From IMG/VR virus record IMGVR_UViG_3300017751_000001: a DNA stretch of 64,000 nucleotides; one strand, 5' to 3'. The stretch comes from a virus. The notes under the pieces were generated by a model, which was not told where the DNA came from, made no database searches, and saw only the letters and a list, made by a program, of their open reading frames with translations. The translations under genes were made by a program, and so were the position numbers. Positions 62,501 to 64,000 of the stretch are shown here, in pieces (position 1 is the stretch's first letter; each line of letters begins with the position of its first letter).

Positions 62501-64000
62501 TTTCAAAGTTAGTAATATCTCTCGCAGTACCAATTCCAACATCGTATAGTTTAAATTTATTAGAATCAATAGTTTTTACAAAGTATTCTGTAGTGCTACT
62601 CAACCCACCAATAGCATTTTCTGTATGGGAATATCTTACAACATCACGGGTAATGAAGTTGTGACCTCTTGCGTAAATGTAATTGTCGGAGGTATCAATA
62701 CCAGCTCTTGTTCCTGCAGCAGTTGTCCGAGAAGGGACAACTACTTTTCTATTTGAATACCCACTTCCAGGTTCTTTAACATATATTTTGGTAATCGTAT
62801 TTTTAGATTTCGTAGAAACAAAACTATGGAAACCAAAACTTGGAGCTCCAATATTTACTGTATTGGTATTATTAACTGCATCCTGGAAAGATGTATGTAA
62901 AGCTATTGTTTTACTATCAACAATCCTAATAAAGTAAGTAGCACCACTAATCAAATTGCCAATCGGAGTGTTGTTTTTGGAGTCATAAAAGACTTCTTCT
63001 CCAAGTTCAAAATTATGCGATGTTGGGAAATCGATAGTCTCTGAGTTAGAATTTACAGATGTTCCATCAGCCTTAAAATTAACAATGATTTTTCCCTTTA
63101 CGAAATTAGATTCCAGAACAGCACCATTGCCGTTTCCACCTTCAACAGTAATCTTTGGTTTTTTCTGATATCCAATTCCAGGAGAAACAAGTCTAACTTC
63201 ACGGAATGATCCCGTAACAGTTGGAAAAGCTTTACACCCAGTTCCATTTTGATCCTGAACTACTATATCTGGACCATTGATCACATCATAATTTTTACCA
63301 GTATTTGTAACTTTAATGTTAACAATATCACCGTAATAAATCTGTTCATCAAATACTGTTGGTGGATATATTTCAACACCATTAGCTAGAAGACCAACAG
63401 GTCTGTTTTTAACATCTCTAGCATTCGGATCATCAAAATATTGTTCCTTCCGTACATATGGAAACTTCTTTAAAATTTTCTGGTGTTGTATATCCTTATT
63501 CTCAAAACCAGACTTAACAATATACTGTCCTGTAGAGTTTGTTTTAAATGGAATATATTTTTGCGAAAATACATCAGATCCACTAAAAGACAAGTAGAAC
63601 TCTGTTTCATTTACAGCAGTAACAAAATAAATTCCTGTTTGTATTCCACTGTTGTCAATATTGTCCCAGAAGATCTTATCTCCCGTTGTATACTCATGTT
63701 TAATGGACGTGTTGGCATCATCAGCATCTACAGACTTCATCAAATAGGTAAATCCACCACCATTGATTGGGGTTCCACCCGAATCAGTAGTTTCGTTAAT
63801 ATCAGTTTTAACAAATTTCTTATTATCAGTTGCAAATAGAGGATAGTTTGGAATACCAGCAGTAGTTACAAAATAGTCATCTCCATTTTCTGAAAGATAA
63901 CTATTCTGAATTCCAACAGGAAACTTATTAATTCCTGGAAATCTACCTAGGTTGTGCTCAGCTTTTACAATTGTTTTTTTAAGAACTTTTGGTTCTATTG
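56583..64000 (-). CDS. gp7: Baseplate wedge initiator, cyanophage-type giant gp7 (5' end outside the window)
   Basis: The frame is open from the window end: I translated 63744-64000 without stops (...YFVTTAGIPNYP...), so the TTG at 63743 is not the start. Contains HSPILGWAYDGNPIYGPYG, YYQKFSYSIK and SIVHPSGF. Lies upstream of gp8. Confidence 0.8.
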   Translation of the reverse strand, partial: IEPKVLKKTIVKAEHNLGRFPGINKFPVGIQNSYLSENGDDYFVTTAGIPNYPLFATDNKKFVKTDINETTDSGGTPINGGGFTYLMKSVDADDANTSIKHEYTTGDKIFWDNIDNSGIQTGIYFVTAVNETEFYLSFSGSDVFSQKYIPFKTNSTGQYIVKSGFENKDIQHQKILKKFPYVRKEQYFDDPNARDVKNRPVGLLANGVEIYPPTVFDEQIYYGDIVNIKVTNTGKNYDVINGPDIVVQDQNGTGCKAFPTVTGSFREVRLVSPGIGYQKKPKITVEGGNGNGAVLESNFVKGKIIVNFKADGTSVNSNSETIDFPTSHNFELGEEVFYDSKNNTPIGNLISGATYFIRIVDSKTIALHTSFQDAVNNTNTVNIGAPSFGFHSFVSTKSKNTITKIYVKEPGSGYSNRKVVVPSRTTAAGTRAGIDTSDNYIYARGHNFITRDVVRYSHTENAIGGLSSTTEYFVKTIDSNKFKLYDVGIGTARDITNFEKNKEVFLTNFGSGEHTLSYPPIVVKVESISAIGSTTVIQPQLDPVVLGSIDNVYLQEGGIGYGCTNIIDLHRRPNVGVSTVVFNALLKPIIIGGRIVDVQILAKGRGFRKDSDIFIHGSSGDFAQINPIVEDGGIVAVQILDGGTGYENDVSLELRNRGTEAKFIADVHEWKINQVTRSAENINPEDGCILKPTTNPDLGLQAVSMYPPRKLRYQLGDNIDVGNLELSQNAIHSPILGWAYDGNPIYGPYGYENQIGGSIVRQNSGYILNNQNLNGIRPPAYSLGYFTNDYLFNNSGSLDKHGGRYCVTPQFPDGTYAYFFSIDVDSSGVAEPKFPYLVGDQFKDLPVQDNFNTFFNQDLDISKEKLSRNIGPYYLSFGNSKYDLIDKVDDSYQQKFFVTKVKTSGIGSVSIFSRGSDYKVNDLLSLNNEGTDGSGASIVVDTILGKDISEISVGVSTYSGTELRISGRSVIGITTVPHDFLDNESVHISGITTAKFAPFFGKQKITVPKRRVGLTEYIPNIGVTGITTFISVTDTVGFKPGDHIGVGTEVMVITEIDNKFRRFRVNRQNYVGIAITHHVSDNSVFLKPVEFGFSAATVDNQFFTYAVQPNRSIYFSPENTVGVGSTGRIYDVINTGIGTALTQSYDTRFVPERRIFIPDHRLATGQPLRYNVGTAGTSLVVSNTAIGSTSGIGTVKLGDDSIVYAVNFGQNYLGISTIGFTTIGDALYFFDIADNIGYAHSLTTQFPRINARVQRYFTNVVTDTAHGLENGDIVKFNTSPTQSENIKLRFDPLIGKITSDRVSFSSTSISADYTDIDIEDETFQSGDKVVFYASEGNLIGGLENNNTYFILREDPQFIKLVQYKSDIADSNSIVFSSVDIGTYEIAKVNPALSFTEGNQFIFDVSDVSLKDMRLEFYADANYRNSLEVQGTDESGFAITRNGVSGTTDATIIVDSKRDYPTKSFYNLVPVVPSDQRKLSVISDKDVIGNNSITLNEIVVNGENRITVRGDKEFTYNLDRIPSETQTYVSRLGVSTIFYETSSTSAVGPVYSTKTNFSGRGYRIIPSTNGFVSSSGKNATVKILSSNIGKIDTLERVKDGFDYPTDPTLIPFLSVPAVIDVAGVQRINEIEILDGGRNYSQPPNLIIRGNDTIDLQSRLNGGAVDKVFILQNAFEFDEPLSIIPTQNSNGYDIDQITHVGNTVTIELLLDAQFNQPVRTGYGTTDIEFPFKVGDSIFIEGCRLKADSLFEGEINFNSENFDFKFFTVTGVNTSNFTLSYSVAGINTGTLGSYDDDFGLGYVVNSNDMAKFRMSLINDAKFLSEEKITSKKFEGFVSPGGWDPRLSQLRLSDTSGVLSVGDEIYGEQSTIIGRVEAVNRFNVRSTLGVSRDKVAKNDNTTGILNEFSQRISDNFYYQKFSYSIKGRVPYDTWRESVRSIVHPSGFREFCDLEIISQPTTNMKVKSATNSVNLLVNIDSDLYLQERQNFALVTEDDMAPDGSIQRIFFPEGRPIKSYILNKTNKVLLIDDISSGFNGDHDRTGTLVGNIGFKLKANGQPLFKATFNASDSSVVDLVDNIITIPNHNFQTGQELNYSLEGGSPIGIATTSHVAGLRDIVMNVETALAGSGAMFENGYNIEIPEHTVTGVGTVVSPIVVFVVYGFGSPDGGLPGISTRGTGARFQVKFTYEQSTGQPLSTNITLTQGGSGYYVGDNVSIAGTHLGGTTPANDLTFPVSRITGTQTGVTTTYLNVPSTSDLSGTGARFDVTRDSNLDVESIIVVSGGSGYVSTETISIAGTYIGGSGSNDDLLCTPVELGGTSIPERVFVQKIDDVTFKISGLSTSLPLDFVGYGTGTHKFSVSDPSTNALILIDNIIQSPLRNKKLEVGIGSPIGIFDQSIVVTTGITSLAPNDVIKYGDEFMKVKQIGDGTFVQGRRAEIENTVDNNFFYDVNRVNSTITRFNETVVTYDDRPPY

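Noticed and set aside
63741-63743. Start codon assigned by the ORF track to the 2386-aa ORF
   Set aside because: It is a TTG in a frame that stays open to position 64000; the real start lies outside the window.

Overview
The window is a 64-kb piece of the late (virion) region of a large, AT-rich T4-like myovirus. Gene order and protein architecture point to a marine cyanophage (Kyanoviridae-like), although no host-diagnostic gene lies in the window. Almost everything is on the minus strand. In transcription order: a 5'-truncated gp7-like baseplate protein, a short gp9/gp10-like fibre, a second giant baseplate protein, gp8, a VrlC/DUF4815 protein, small structural ORFs, two large fibre-like proteins, three Cys/Gly-rich paralogues and a tail-assembly chaperone. 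Next is a ~10-kb enzyme island: GT9-like heptosyltransferase, ADP-heptose enzymes HldA/HldC/HldD, HAD phosphatase, cupin, one complete and two half NodU-type carbamoyltransferases, and four 2OG-Fe(II) oxygenases. Then come gp13-gp14-gp15-gp16-gp17-gp18-gp19-gp20, a small core protein and the start of gp21. T4-type late promoter motifs (NATAAATA/NCTAAATA) precede many genes, including the enzyme operon. The best candidate for an undescribed system is a late-expressed heptosylation/carbamoylation pathway that may decorate virion proteins. It sits beside three Cys-rich adhesin-like paralogues, and a G-[IVL]-x-T motif recurs in nearly all structural proteins. A hidden CCGxGCxxCPF-coding stretch lies just past the stop codon of the last paralogue. 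No tRNA, rRNA, CRISPR array, intron or transposase was seen. All family assignments come from motif recognition by eye; no database searches were run.
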